64,000 bases of DNA from an uncultured Clostridia bacterium. GTDB lineage: Bacteria > Bacillota > Clostridia > Saccharofermentanales > Saccharofermentanaceae. The stretch is taken from assembly GCA_947304405.1 (NCBI GenBank), contig CAMZBB010000003.1:836-64835 (forward strand), written 5' to 3'. This document shows positions 26,653 to 36,586 of the stretch, one piece after another. How positions within the stretch are numbered: position 1 is the stretch's first letter; each line of letters begins with the position of its first letter. The position numbers were made by a program, and so were the translations under genes. The notes under the pieces are model-generated. The model was not told the origin of the DNA, ran no database searches, and saw nothing but the letters and a program-made list of their open reading frames with translations.

Positions 26653-28479
26653 ATGGTTTTCTATAAAGAAGAAACATTCAGGCGCGCGCGTTTTAGAAAG
26701 GCCACTCTCATCCTGCTTGCGGGATCCGTTCTGTTGGCGGTTCTTTACGCGGGCTGCACGCTGTTCAAACCGTCCGGGGATCCTGAAGGTACAGCCTCTT
26801 CTTCTGAAACTGTTCTTGAGGAAAAAAGCAATTATTCCAAGTATTCCGCAGGCTTTACAACGATCGAAGGTAACGTAAGCAAATACGAGCTGGGCCCCTT
26901 AGATGACAGGGAAGCGCCTGAAGTTGTTGTCTCGGGCAAATATTTTTATTTCCTCTGCCGGGTATCCGGGAAATATGAGATAAAGAAGATCAATATCGAA
27001 GATCCTTCTGATTCAGGTATTGCCAAGATCGACGGGGACGAAGAATATTTCTGTCTTTTAAGCGATTACGGCGTGAGAGTCGAGAATAAAGACGAAGTCA
27101 TCTTCATGGATCTCGAACTCAATGTCATTTGTTCTGTCCCAAATAAAGAAGATATCGAGTATATTGCCCCGTATAAGGATTCATACATTGTTTTGCAGGG
27201 AGATGATCTCTCCATACTGAAGGACGGGAAGCTCGAGCCGTTCAGGAGACTTAATCAGAACGGTTACGTGGTGATGAACCAGCAGATCACGGAAGATAAT
27301 ACAAGGCTTCTCCTCAATGACAATAACAATAACCATGAAGGCCAGTTCTGTTTCTATATATACGACGTGAATGCCGACAAATATACGGAAGTCAAAAATA
27401 TGGGCTTTAACTACTCGGCAGACGGATTCTACGACATTACCCCCAAAAGGATAATGGTAAGAAAACTGACAGAAGATCAGGAACAGGAGTACGAAAACAA
27501 GTATCCGGGAAACATCGCTACTTCATTTTTTGACGGGGAAAGGCTGTATTTATGCGATGAGGGCGATCTGACGATAAGGTATTACGATCCGTTCCGCCAG
27601 ACGATATGCAGTCTGTCTGATCATGAATTTGCCAGATACGGAGTTAACTTCAGGGGATTATCCGGCAAGAAGCTGTTCTTCATCCTTAACAGTGAACTGT
27701 ATGTCATCGATACCGCGTCTTGCGAAGAACTTCCCGTTGAAGAATTCAATATCGCCCTTCACGGAAAGATAGAAGACCTGTCGACTGAGATCAGAGACAA
27801 GTATTCGGTCAATTTCCAGTACGGCAAAGACGCAGCTAAGGAAATCCGCGATAATGTAGAGGTAACTGAGCTCAAAGAGGAGACAAGGGTTCTTTATTCG
27901 ATGAAAAAGATCTCGGAATACATCAGACGGTTCGGAAAGGAATTCTTTGATGATTTCCGTTACGGAACTTCCAAAGGGCTTTATGTGCTTCTCGGAGGCT
28001 ATACCCAGGTTACGAACGACGGCGCCAAGATCGATGCAGGCGGTGTCGCTTTCAGACAGGGCGATGTATTTTATATAGTCCTGAATGTAACCAATGACGA
28101 CCCCGCAAGAAATTTCTGCCACGAGATCATGCACTCGATGGAACATAACACAGACTCGGATACTATCTTCTCCGAATGGAAAAAATACAATCCCAATGGC
28201 TTCAAATATGCAGACAGTTACGCAGCGGGTACGGATGAAAAATATACGCTTTACGGTCCTGACGAAGAAGAGAAGTATTTCATTGATTCCTACTCAAAGA
28301 CCAATGCCTTGGAAGACAGGGCAAGGATCTTCGAGAATATGCTCGCTACTACAAAGGAAGAATGTCAAATAAATGATTATCCGCATATCAGGGCCAAGGC
28401 TAACTATATGAGGGAAAGGCTGTGTAAACTTTATCCTTCATTGAAGAATACGGATATTTTCAGAAATCTGGACGGTTGA
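26653..28479 (+). CDS. putative lipoprotein with C-terminal zincin-like motif (paralog 1)
   Basis: Signal/lipobox LLAVLYAGC. C-terminal CHEIMHSMEH (HExxH overlapping HxxEH) and EDRARIFE. Clear paralog of the next gene. The start is uncertain (ATG at 26653 has no clear RBS). Confidence 0.6.
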   Translation: MVFYKEETFRRARFRKATLILLAGSVLLAVLYAGCTLFKPSGDPEGTASSSETVLEEKSNYSKYSAGFTTIEGNVSKYELGPLDDREAPEVVVSGKYFYFLCRVSGKYEIKKINIEDPSDSGIAKIDGDEEYFCLLSDYGVRVENKDEVIFMDLELNVICSVPNKEDIEYIAPYKDSYIVLQGDDLSILKDGKLEPFRRLNQNGYVVMNQQITEDNTRLLLNDNNNNHEGQFCFYIYDVNADKYTEVKNMGFNYSADGFYDITPKRIMVRKLTEDQEQEYENKYPGNIATSFFDGERLYLCDEGDLTIRYYDPFRQTICSLSDHEFARYGVNFRGLSGKKLFFILNSELYVIDTASCEELPVEEFNIALHGKIEDLSTEIRDKYSVNFQYGKDAAKEIRDNVEVTELKEETRVLYSMKKISEYIRRFGKEFFDDFRYGTSKGLYVLLGGYTQVTNDGAKIDAGGVAFRQGDVFYIVLNVTNDDPARNFCHEIMHSMEHNTDSDTIFSEWKKYNPNGFKYADSYAAGTDEKYTLYGPDEEEKYFIDSYSKTNALEDRARIFENMLATTKEECQINDYPHIRAKANYMRERLCKLYPSLKNTDIFRNLDG

Positions 28480-30317
28480 TGATGAGAAACGGACAAAAAG
28501 AAAGAACAAGAACTATCATTCGCGCGGCAGGTCTTATCCTGACGCTTTCCCTGGTATTGGGATTATTCTCAGGCTGCAAGGAAAAGCAAACTCCCGTTGT
28601 TATTGGGTCGTCACCTGCAAATACGGAACCTGCTCCTACAGAGACTGCAACGCCTGAGTTCGATCCCGACAAGCCCGTTTCGATCGGCGAGACGGCTGAG
28701 ACAAGCGTACCCTTCGGCCGCCTTACCGAGAATGTCGGATACCTGAATATCGGACTGACTGAAAAGGATTTTCCCGCGTATGTTTTGAAAGGCCAATACA
28801 TTTATTGCCTTTCAGGCGCAGGCGGGAAATATACTTTCCGGAAGATCAATATCGAGAACCTTGAAAGATCCGAGATCAGGGAGATCAGCGTTAACGGCGG
28901 CACGGCCACTCTTCTTGATTTCGGTTTAAGATGTGACGTCAACAATGAATCTGTCTTCTACGATTTCAGTTTTCACGAGATCTGCAGGATGAGAGGCGCT
29001 TCGGATGAGCAGAAGCTGGTTCCCTATAAGGACGGCTATCTTGTAAAGGAAGGCGCTCTGCTGAAGATCCTTCACCTTGATGATGACCAGCCTTACAGAA
29101 AACTGGATTCAAGTGATTATGTTATCACCGGTTATCATTCGACCGGAGACAATACATACCTGATAATGAAGAACAGCAAGGGTACGGATGCCGCGACATG
29201 TACCATTTACGACGTTAACAGAAAAACATACTTCAAGAGAGTTACTGACAATGTTGTCCTTTGCGACAACAGCATGATCAGGCGTTCGGCAGGAAAGTAT
29301 CACGTCACCAATTTTGCAAACAAGAAAACGGATTCTTATAAGAGCAATAATCCCGGAAAGATAGGGAGCAGCCTTTTCGATGGAACGAGACAGTTCTACT
29401 TCGATCAGGCGGACCGCAAGATCAAGTACTATGTACCGTCAAAGCAGCAGATATGCGTGCTTTCTGATGCGGAATTTGTGATCGGAGCCGAGCTCAAGGG
29501 CCTTTACGGAAGCTATGTATATGCCCAGTATGGCGGTGTGCTGTATTTCATCGATTCGGCGGGGCAAAAGGAACAGCCGGCGAGCAAGTATGCAAAGAAG
29601 ATAAAAAAAGAGGCGGCAGAACTCAAGAAGAATCTCGAATTCCATTACAGGATCAAGATCTTAAGCGGAAAAGATGCCGTTAAGGCTGCATCGAAGGAGG
29701 CAAAACTCGTAGCGGTAACTTCAGATCTCGAGACCCTTACCGCCATGAAAGATCTTTCGCCCGCACTTAAGAAGTTCAGTTATAAGTTCTTCGATGAATT
29801 CAAGTGGAATAAGAAAGACGGCATAAACATCCTGCTTTCCGGAAATATCGCCATGGAGGAAAGAGGAGGAATGGAAGGCGCGTCGTTTACCGGGAAAAAT
29901 GCTTATTACATTGCGCTTGATATACATTCAGGCAATATGGCCATGACATTGCTAAGGGAGATAATGCATACGATCGAACACAGGATGGTCAATTCGGAAC
30001 AGATATTTAAGGATTGGGAAAGATATAATCCTGAGGGTTTCTCTTATTCCGAACTGAGCGCAGGTGCCGCGGATGCGCCTTATGTGCCTGAGAACGAGAG
30101 TGACCCCGCGAAAGTATATTTCACGGATTCATATGCCTGTGCAAGTCCCTATGAGGACCGTGCAAGAATATTTGCCTGCATGTTCCTGCCGGAAAAATAC
30201 GGCAGAAACTTAAGCGATTATCCTTGCCTTATGTCCAAGGCTGCGGGATTGAAGCACGTCCTTCTTGTTTATTACCCGTCGCTTTCCGAGTCGGCGGTCC
30301 TTAAGGATATAAGATGA
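28479..30317 (+). CDS. putative lipoprotein with C-terminal zincin-like region (paralog 2)
   Basis: Start overlaps the upstream stop (TGATG). Lipobox LFSGC. Shares the YFYxL..GKY..KINIE and EDRARIF blocks with paralog 1, but the motif reads REIMHTIEH (first His of HExxH lost, HxxEH retained). Confidence 0.6.
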   Translation: MMRNGQKERTRTIIRAAGLILTLSLVLGLFSGCKEKQTPVVIGSSPANTEPAPTETATPEFDPDKPVSIGETAETSVPFGRLTENVGYLNIGLTEKDFPAYVLKGQYIYCLSGAGGKYTFRKINIENLERSEIREISVNGGTATLLDFGLRCDVNNESVFYDFSFHEICRMRGASDEQKLVPYKDGYLVKEGALLKILHLDDDQPYRKLDSSDYVITGYHSTGDNTYLIMKNSKGTDAATCTIYDVNRKTYFKRVTDNVVLCDNSMIRRSAGKYHVTNFANKKTDSYKSNNPGKIGSSLFDGTRQFYFDQADRKIKYYVPSKQQICVLSDAEFVIGAELKGLYGSYVYAQYGGVLYFIDSAGQKEQPASKYAKKIKKEAAELKKNLEFHYRIKILSGKDAVKAASKEAKLVAVTSDLETLTAMKDLSPALKKFSYKFFDEFKWNKKDGINILLSGNIAMEERGGMEGASFTGKNAYYIALDIHSGNMAMTLLREIMHTIEHRMVNSEQIFKDWERYNPEGFSYSELSAGAADAPYVPENESDPAKVYFTDSYACASPYEDRARIFACMFLPEKYGRNLSDYPCLMSKAAGLKHVLLVYYPSLSESAVLKDIR

Positions 30318-31105
30318 AGACACCGAAGATAATAGCTCTCGACCTTGACGGCACGCTTTTAGATTCCCGCAAGAACTTTCCTCCTGAGTTTCCGGGATTT
30401 GTAAGATTGCATCCCGAGACCGTATTTGTCCTTGCGAGCGGGAGGCAGATCTATGCGCTCCTCAAACAGTTTGAAGAGATAAGGGACGAACTGTGGTATA
30501 TAGCTGAAAACGGTGCATGCGTCTATCACGCGGGAGAATTTATCTGCGTGGATTCGATGAGAACGGAAGACTCCTTGATGGTGCTTGAAGAATTTTCGTC
30601 AATGCCTTCGTGCGAGCCGCTGGTATGCGGATTGGACAGTGCCTATGTCAGGAACCTTGGCGGTCAGGCGAAAGAGGAAGCGACCAAGTACTATGACCAT
30701 TTGGAATATAACGATGACCTTTATTCCTGCATCCTGAAGGACAGGATACTTAAGATCGCGGTCTTTGTGAACGATTTCAAGGCTGAAGAGGTATATTCAA
30801 AACTTGCACCGAGAAATGACGGATTGCTGTCGCTGCTGTCCGGTGACAGCTGGATAGACGTTGCAAATTCTTCCGTAGGCAAGGGCGCGGCACTTGAAGC
30901 AATCCAAGGAAAACTGAAGATTACAAGGGAAGAGACTGCCGCGTTTGGTGATTATCTTAACGATGTAAGTCTTTTCGGGGCGGCAGGGCAGACCTATGCA
31001 ATGGCAAATGCGCACCCTGATCTTAAACGGTTGTCAGATCATGTAACAAGATATACTAATGATGAAAACGGCGTTATGGAAGCGCTTAAGGAGATGTTCA
31101 AATGA
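30314..31105 (+). CDS. Cof-type HAD-IIB family hydrolase
   Basis: IIALDLDGTLLDS motif I and GDYLNDVSLF motif IV. ATGA overlap with the upstream gene. Confidence 0.82.
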   Translation: MKTPKIIALDLDGTLLDSRKNFPPEFPGFVRLHPETVFVLASGRQIYALLKQFEEIRDELWYIAENGACVYHAGEFICVDSMRTEDSLMVLEEFSSMPSCEPLVCGLDSAYVRNLGGQAKEEATKYYDHLEYNDDLYSCILKDRILKIAVFVNDFKAEEVYSKLAPRNDGLLSLLSGDSWIDVANSSVGKGAALEAIQGKLKITREETAAFGDYLNDVSLFGAAGQTYAMANAHPDLKRLSDHVTRYTNDENGVMEALKEMFK

Positions 31106-31785
31106 GACCATTCAGGAAATTTATGTCACTTATGCTTGCAGGCGTATTGATCGCAGGCCTTTCCTCTTGCTCAAATCAAGTGCGCACGGACATTTCCGTG
31201 CCTTCTCTGACGGACAATGCCACGAAAAAAGAGATCAGCAAAACGGAGAATGAGACGACCGGGACTACTCCTTCCGAGACGGACAACAGGTTTGGCAAGG
31301 CGGTCGTAGTTTATTTCTCCTGCACGGGGACAACGCGAGACGTAGCATCGAAGATCGCATCAGTGGCAGGGTGCCCTTCATACGAGATAGTCGCTGCCAA
31401 GCCTTATACCGCTGATGATCTGAATTACAACAACAAAAAGAGTCGTGCTGCCAAAGAGCAGAATGATGCTTCAGCAAGACCGGAGATTTCCGGTTCGATA
31501 ACAGACTGGAGTTCTTACGATACCGTATTTCTCGGATACCCGATCTGGTTTGCCAAATCTCCGAGGATCCTTTGCACATTCGTAGAGAGCCAGGATTTTA
31601 CTGGCAAGACAGTGATACCGTTCTGTACATCCGGCAGCAGCGGTATCGGAAACAGCGCTGAAGAGCTTAAGGCTCTTGCGAAAAACAACGGAAAATGGGT
31701 CAACGGAACGAGGTTCTCTTCATCCGTAAAGGAAAAAGACATTACCGAGTGGCTGTCCGCGATGAAAGAAGCAGGAGATATCTGA
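31102..31785 (+). CDS. flavodoxin-like protein with lipoprotein signal peptide
   Basis: Lipobox GLSSCS, a T/S/E linker, then the flavodoxin-type VVVYFSCTGTTRDVASKIA...FLGYPIWF. ATGA overlap with the upstream gene. Confidence 0.7.
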   Translation: MRPFRKFMSLMLAGVLIAGLSSCSNQVRTDISVPSLTDNATKKEISKTENETTGTTPSETDNRFGKAVVVYFSCTGTTRDVASKIASVAGCPSYEIVAAKPYTADDLNYNNKKSRAAKEQNDASARPEISGSITDWSSYDTVFLGYPIWFAKSPRILCTFVESQDFTGKTVIPFCTSGSSGIGNSAEELKALAKNNGKWVNGTRFSSSVKEKDITEWLSAMKEAGDI

Positions 31786-31796
31786 ACTGATTTAAG

Positions 31797-32963
31797 TTAT
31801 TGAGAATCAGCTATCCGTGAGACGTCATCGTATCCGGGCTTGACCTTCTTTACGCCATAACCTTCAGAGATCTTTGCTTTAACCTCACCGTATCTGGTGG
31901 TGATGATCTCTTCACGGCGTTCAAGAATGAAGCGGTCCTTAAGAGAATAGCGGATCCCTATGGTAGTAGTGTTCTCGAAGATCAGCTTTGCGAACCTCTC
32001 TTTATCTGAAGGCCTGCAAAGGCAGGTTATCAGTATGCCGGGACGGTTTTTCTTCATTCCGACGGGAGTGGTGAAGACGTCGAGCGCACCCTCTTTCATG
32101 AGAAGTCCGGTCGCATAGCCTATTTCTTCTCCTGTCATGTCATCAACGTTGCAGCAAAGTTCAATTATCTTGTCGTTCTCGTTGTCTGCAGATTCACCAA
32201 CCATGATCCTGACGCAGTTCGCACGTTCAAAATCCTTTTTACCCATCCCGTAACCGGTCTTTTCTATGCTCATGAGCGGCATCTTGCCGAATTCCGCGGC
32301 AAAATGCTTGAGGAGTGCCGCTCCAGTGGGCGTGCAGAGCTCGCCTTCAACTTCGCCACCGTAAACCGGCACGCCTTCCAATATCCTTGCAGTAGCCGGA
32401 GCGGGGACGGGAAGGATCCCGTGAGCGCACCTGACTTCGCCGAAACCGACGTGAACCGGCGATACTACAACTTTGTCCGGAGCGATCTGTTCCATAAGAG
32501 TGCAGAAACCTACAATATCCGCAACCGCATCCATTGTTCCGACCTCGTGAAAATGGATCTCGGTGATGTCCTTGCCATGAGCCTTGCTCTCAGCTTCGGC
32601 GATGAGCTTATATACCGCGAGAGCATCTGATTTAACCTTATCGGAGACATTTAGGGCAGTGATAATGTGCTCTATGTCGTGGAGCGAACTGTGATGGTGA
32701 TGTTCGTGTTCGTGATCATGGTCGTGGTGATGCTCGTGTTCATGTAAATGCTCATCTTCGGTTTTACCGTTTACCGTGATTTCAGCATGCGTTCCCGTGA
32801 TCCCTGATTTTACGGAAGGTACGAAAGAATAAGTAATGCCGGGGATACCCAATGAATTAAGTGCTTTCTCGCAGGCTTTGACATCACCGGCCGCTTCGGC
32901 TAATGCTGCGGTAAGCATGTCGCCCGCCGCACCCATATTGCATTCGATATACATTATCTTCAT
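31797..32963 (-). CDS. larC: nickel insertion protein LarC (nickel-pincer cofactor biosynthesis)
   Basis: DUF111/LarC-like N-terminus MKIMYIECNMGAAGDM and a His-rich tract HLHEHEHHHDHDHEHEHHHHS. Operon context with larB and larE. Confidence 0.85.
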   Translation of the reverse strand: MKIMYIECNMGAAGDMLTAALAEAAGDVKACEKALNSLGIPGITYSFVPSVKSGITGTHAEITVNGKTEDEHLHEHEHHHDHDHEHEHHHHSSLHDIEHIITALNVSDKVKSDALAVYKLIAEAESKAHGKDITEIHFHEVGTMDAVADIVGFCTLMEQIAPDKVVVSPVHVGFGEVRCAHGILPVPAPATARILEGVPVYGGEVEGELCTPTGAALLKHFAAEFGKMPLMSIEKTGYGMGKKDFERANCVRIMVGESADNENDKIIELCCNVDDMTGEEIGYATGLLMKEGALDVFTTPVGMKKNRPGILITCLCRPSDKERFAKLIFENTTTIGIRYSLKDRFILERREEIITTRYGEVKAKISEGYGVKKVKPGYDDVSRIADSQ

Positions 32964-33709
32964 TTGCCTGTACCTCCGATGTGATTGATCATGCCGGCGA
33001 GATAACCTGCGCCGAATCCGTTGTCTATATTAACCACGCTGACTCCGCTGGCACATGAATTGAGCATTGAAAGCAATGCCGCCAGTCCGTCAAAAGATGC
33101 GCCGTAACCTACACTTGTCGGGACGGCTATGACGGGGCAGTCGGCTAGTCCGCCGATAACGCTGGCAAGGGCTCCCTCCATTCCGGCGATGGCTATAATG
33201 ACCTTGGCCGTCATGATATCTTCAGAATGCGATAAAAGGCGATGGATACCCGAAACGCCTACGTCGTAAAGGCGTGTAACATTGTTACGGAGTAATTCCG
33301 CCGTTACCGCGGCCTCTTCAGCGACCGGAATGTCTGACGTGCCGCCCGTTACTACAAGGATCTTGCCGTCTGTATCGGGAGATTTGATCTTCCCGCAGAC
33401 TCCGATCCTTGCTTCCTTGTAATATGTGAGCGGAACTGTGATCTCTTTGGATTTTTCCTCTGACAGCCTTGTGACCAGGATCGTTTCCTGACCTGATTCG
33501 AGAAGACCGGATGCAATGGCGGATATCTGTTCCGCGGTCTTGCCTTCACCGAAGATAACTTCTGATGAACCCTGCCTTAATGCGCGGTGGATATCGGGTT
33601 TTGCGAACCCAAGATCCTCAAAAGGCTTCATCTTGAGCTTAAGTTCGGCTTCTTCAGGCGTGATCTCGCCTGATGCGACCTTTGAGAGAAGTTCTTTTAC
33701 GTCATTCAT
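32960..33709 (-). CDS. larB: nickel-pincer cofactor biosynthesis protein LarB (AIR-carboxylase-like)
   Basis: PurE-like C-terminal domain (KILVVTGGTSDIPVAEEA...IAIAGMEGALASVIGG). ATGA overlaps on both sides. Confidence 0.85.
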   Translation of the reverse strand: MNDVKELLSKVASGEITPEEAELKLKMKPFEDLGFAKPDIHRALRQGSSEVIFGEGKTAEQISAIASGLLESGQETILVTRLSEEKSKEITVPLTYYKEARIGVCGKIKSPDTDGKILVVTGGTSDIPVAEEAAVTAELLRNNVTRLYDVGVSGIHRLLSHSEDIMTAKVIIAIAGMEGALASVIGGLADCPVIAVPTSVGYGASFDGLAALLSMLNSCASGVSVVNIDNGFGAGYLAGMINHIGGTGK

Positions 33710-34524
33710 TTATCCACCTCTGTGAGCAGGCTGTTCATGCTGCCGGTACGATATCCTTTTGGGTCAAGGATAACATCATCAAAGCCAAACTTCATGAATT
33801 CGGATGTGATTTTTGCAAAATTCCCGGTTACGACAGGGAATTCATCCGGCATAACCTCGATCTTTGCCTTCTTCCCGAACTTACGCACACGGTATTGTGA
33901 AAGGCCGAGATTTTTCAGTACTTTCTCTGCGGAATCAACCATTCTGATGCCTTCCGGGGTTATCTCTTCACCGTAAGGAAATCTCGATGCCAGGCAGGCC
34001 ATGGAGGGCTTATTCCAGGTCGGAAGCCCTAGGGCTTTTGACAGGATGCGGATGTCGTTTTTCGTAAAGCCGCATTCTTTCAAAGGACTTATTATGCCCA
34101 GCTCCTCAGCGGCTTTTGCGCCCGGACGGTAATCTTTCGTATCGTCAGAATTGGAGCCGTCAGCCACAACGGCAAATCCGTTTTTGAGGGCTTCTTCCTT
34201 GATCTTCGCGAAAAGGACTTTCTTGCACCAATAACATCTGTCTGGCGGATTGCTGATAAACCCCGGTATCCCGAAAACATCCGCATCGATCACGATCTGC
34301 CTGACTCCTAGCGAACGGCAAAAAGAAGATGCCTCTTCATTCTCTCCGTCAGGCATGACTGAAGAACGTATCGTGACGGCAAGCACATCATCTCCCAGGA
34401 CATCACGGGCGGCTTTCAGAAGATATGCCGAATCAACACCTCCTGAAAAAGCAATAGCGATACGCCCTGCAGATCTGAGCAGGGCGTAGAGGTTTTTGAC
34501 TTTTAAATCGATCTCAACTGTCAT
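33706..34524 (-). CDS. larE: ATP-dependent sacrificial sulfur transferase LarE
   Basis: PP-loop AFSGGVDSAYLL and a conserved Cys region (CYWCKK). 272 aa. Confidence 0.85.
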   Translation of the reverse strand: MTVEIDLKVKNLYALLRSAGRIAIAFSGGVDSAYLLKAARDVLGDDVLAVTIRSSVMPDGENEEASSFCRSLGVRQIVIDADVFGIPGFISNPPDRCYWCKKVLFAKIKEEALKNGFAVVADGSNSDDTKDYRPGAKAAEELGIISPLKECGFTKNDIRILSKALGLPTWNKPSMACLASRFPYGEEITPEGIRMVDSAEKVLKNLGLSQYRVRKFGKKAKIEVMPDEFPVVTGNFAKITSEFMKFGFDDVILDPKGYRTGSMNSLLTEVDK

Positions 34525-34533
34525 CAGGACAGA

Positions 34534-34839
34534 TTACTTGTGTGACAGCGCTGCGCGGAGCTTGCCGTCCGGATCTTTGACCAAAAGGACGACGATCCAG
34601 ATTATGAGGCCCAGGGCAACTACTGAAAGACCGAGATATGCATCGTTTACCATATCTTTGAATGCAGGTTCGAAAAACTCGGCGCCGGCTTCCAGATATT
34701 CAACAACGGAATCGACAAGCCACATCAAAGAAGCTCCCCAGTACATGAGCGCCAGTGTTCCGAGCTTGCGGTCAGATTTGACGGTGTACCAAGCGACAGT
34801 AGCGATGACTGCGGCAAATGTGGTGATAAGTAGAGTCAT
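34534..34839 (-). CDS. small membrane protein, function unknown
   Basis: 101 aa with 3 hydrophobic spans. AAGGAGG RBS inside the end of the upstream gene (1-nt gap). Motif YWGASLMWLVDSVVEYLE resembles the upstream neighbour. Confidence 0.6.
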   Translation of the reverse strand: MTLLITTFAAVIATVAWYTVKSDRKLGTLALMYWGASLMWLVDSVVEYLEAGAEFFEPAFKDMVNDAYLGLSVVALGLIIWIVVLLVKDPDGKLRAALSHK

Positions 34840-34840
34840 G

Positions 34841-35218
34841 TCACGCCTCCTTATTGTCCTTGACTACTTTAGCCTTCTCGGACACAATGCTCTTTTTCGA
34901 AAGAGATATCGAGACACAGACCATGGCTATCCAGGCCAGCGTTACAAGAACTGCCATTGCGACTCCGTTCGTTGCCATCTCGTGAAGCATCTCGGAAGCC
35001 TGTTCAGGAGTAGCGGCATTCGTAAGGAACGGGAACCAGGGAGTTACTTCGCCATGCCAGACATGCTCGAACGCAAGAAGGGCACTGCCGCCCCAAAGCA
35101 TGTTGTTGAGCCAGTTCATGCGCTTTAAGAAAGGGCTCTCAACGCCTTTTTTGTCAGCGAGGTGCTTAATGACCGTTGTTACGATCGCTTCTCCGGTGGG
35201 TACAAGAAAACAAGCCAT
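34841..35218 (-). CDS. small membrane protein, function unknown
   Basis: 125 aa. GGAGG RBS 7 nt upstream. Motif LWGGSALLAFEHVWHGE. Confidence 0.6.
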   Translation of the reverse strand: MACFLVPTGEAIVTTVIKHLADKKGVESPFLKRMNWLNNMLWGGSALLAFEHVWHGEVTPWFPFLTNAATPEQASEMLHEMATNGVAMAVLVTLAWIAMVCVSISLSKKSIVSEKAKVVKDNKEA

Positions 35219-35401
35219 AACGATACCTCCATAATCCCCATGAATAATTATTCAAATAATAGCTTATTTCACAGCCTTTCGGTAGAAGAAAAATGATAGG
35301 TGAGTGATATAAATGTTAATTTTCTGATAGTCTTTTTTCTTTTCGCATTTGAATCTGTGATAAAATTACAGATACGAAATAAGGGTAGGAAAGAGGCAGA
35401 A

Positions 35402-36130
35402 ATGAAAAGATTCAAAATCAGTTTATTGGCACTTATGGCGTCATTTGCTGCAATATCCCAGTTTTCAGGATGTTCTGCCGGCAAGGTTGCTTCAGGTCTG
35501 ACGGCAAAAGCATCACCTTCGGTATCTGAGACTCAAACGGCAGCAACGGCTTCGTCCGCCGTCACTTCAGAGACGGATGAGACCGCATCGACTTCCGTTC
35601 AGAAGCAGGCTGAGGTAACATTCACCGCTGATACCTATAAAGGCAAAAAAGCGGCGATCAAGGGCGATACGTATGCCATAGGGACCACATATCTCGGAGA
35701 ATCCCAGAATGAGGCAGCTCTTGAAGTCGTTCTTGCCGAACTCGGCGTAGATGAGGAATTTCTCAAGGCAAATCCTGACCGTCTCGTAGATTGCGGTGGA
35801 ACAGACATCTGGTTCCTGTGCTTCAACGATGATGTTACCCGTGTCTCGGTGATAATGGGCGACGAAGATGACGGAAATGAGATCTTTAAGTCCGAGAATC
35901 CCGGTTTTATCTTCATCAGGTGCGTTTCCTCGGGGGAGATCCCGGCATGCACGGTTACCGTTGACGGTGCGAAAACGGGACACACGGTTTATTATCCGTT
36001 CATGGTGGGGGATCAGATCCTTTTGCCAAACGGCGGAACGGTCCTTAACCAGAGCGAAGGGATCGACAGTTATATTGATGAGTATGACGGCACAAATAAT
36101 ACTGAAGAGACTGAGGAGGAAGCACCATGA
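35402..36130 (+). CDS. lipoprotein, function unknown
   Basis: MKRFKISLLALMASFAAISQFSGC lipobox. ATG at 35402 follows AAGAGG (the track start at 35300 is an upstream extension). Confidence 0.65.
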   Translation: MKRFKISLLALMASFAAISQFSGCSAGKVASGLTAKASPSVSETQTAATASSAVTSETDETASTSVQKQAEVTFTADTYKGKKAAIKGDTYAIGTTYLGESQNEAALEVVLAELGVDEEFLKANPDRLVDCGGTDIWFLCFNDDVTRVSVIMGDEDDGNEIFKSENPGFIFIRCVSSGEIPACTVTVDGAKTGHTVYYPFMVGDQILLPNGGTVLNQSEGIDSYIDEYDGTNNTEETEEEAP

Positions 36131-36519
36131 ATACTGTCAATGATTTTCTTAAGCAGGCAGGAGTCTATTATCTTGCAACCGCAGAAGGCGATCAGCCCAG
36201 AGTAAGGCCTTTCGGAACGGTAAATATCTTCGAGGGCAAGCTCTATATCCAGACCGGGAAAAAGAAGGATGTCGCTAAGCAGATCGAAGCAAACCCGAAG
36301 GTAGAGATCAGCGCATTCAAGGATGGCAAGTGGATCCGTGTTGCGGGTGAACTCGTGGAAGATGACAGGATCGAAGCCCAGAAATCAATGCTTGACGCTT
36401 ATCCGGAACTTGCCGGTATGTATCAGCCGGGAGACGGAAATACCGTTGTTTATTATTTCAGGAATGCGGTGGCAACCATCTCGTCGTTTACTGAAGCACC
36501 TGTGGTAATCAAGTTCTGA
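36127..36519 (+). CDS. pyridoxamine 5'-phosphate oxidase-family (FMN-binding split barrel) protein
   Basis: 130 aa. GVYYLATAEGDQPRVRPFG...IQTGKKKDVAKQIEANPKVEISAF is typical of the PNPOx-like fold. Confidence 0.7.
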   Translation: MNTVNDFLKQAGVYYLATAEGDQPRVRPFGTVNIFEGKLYIQTGKKKDVAKQIEANPKVEISAFKDGKWIRVAGELVEDDRIEAQKSMLDAYPELAGMYQPGDGNTVVYYFRNAVATISSFTEAPVVIKF

Positions 36520-36586
36520 TCTGCTTGACATCATAATTGTTTTAGTTTATTAAAGAAGAATTGATACATCGAATGGAGGGATTGTT

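Noticed and set aside
32690-32760. His-codon-rich tract (CAT/CAC repeats) inside larC considered as a simple-sequence repeat or artefact
   Set aside because: It is in frame and encodes the His-rich metal-binding region characteristic of LarC-type proteins.
34496-35128. 210-aa plus-strand ORF
   Set aside because: It is antisense to two membrane-protein genes that have strong RBSs. Its composition is Ser/Thr/Arg-rich, typical of a shadow frame.
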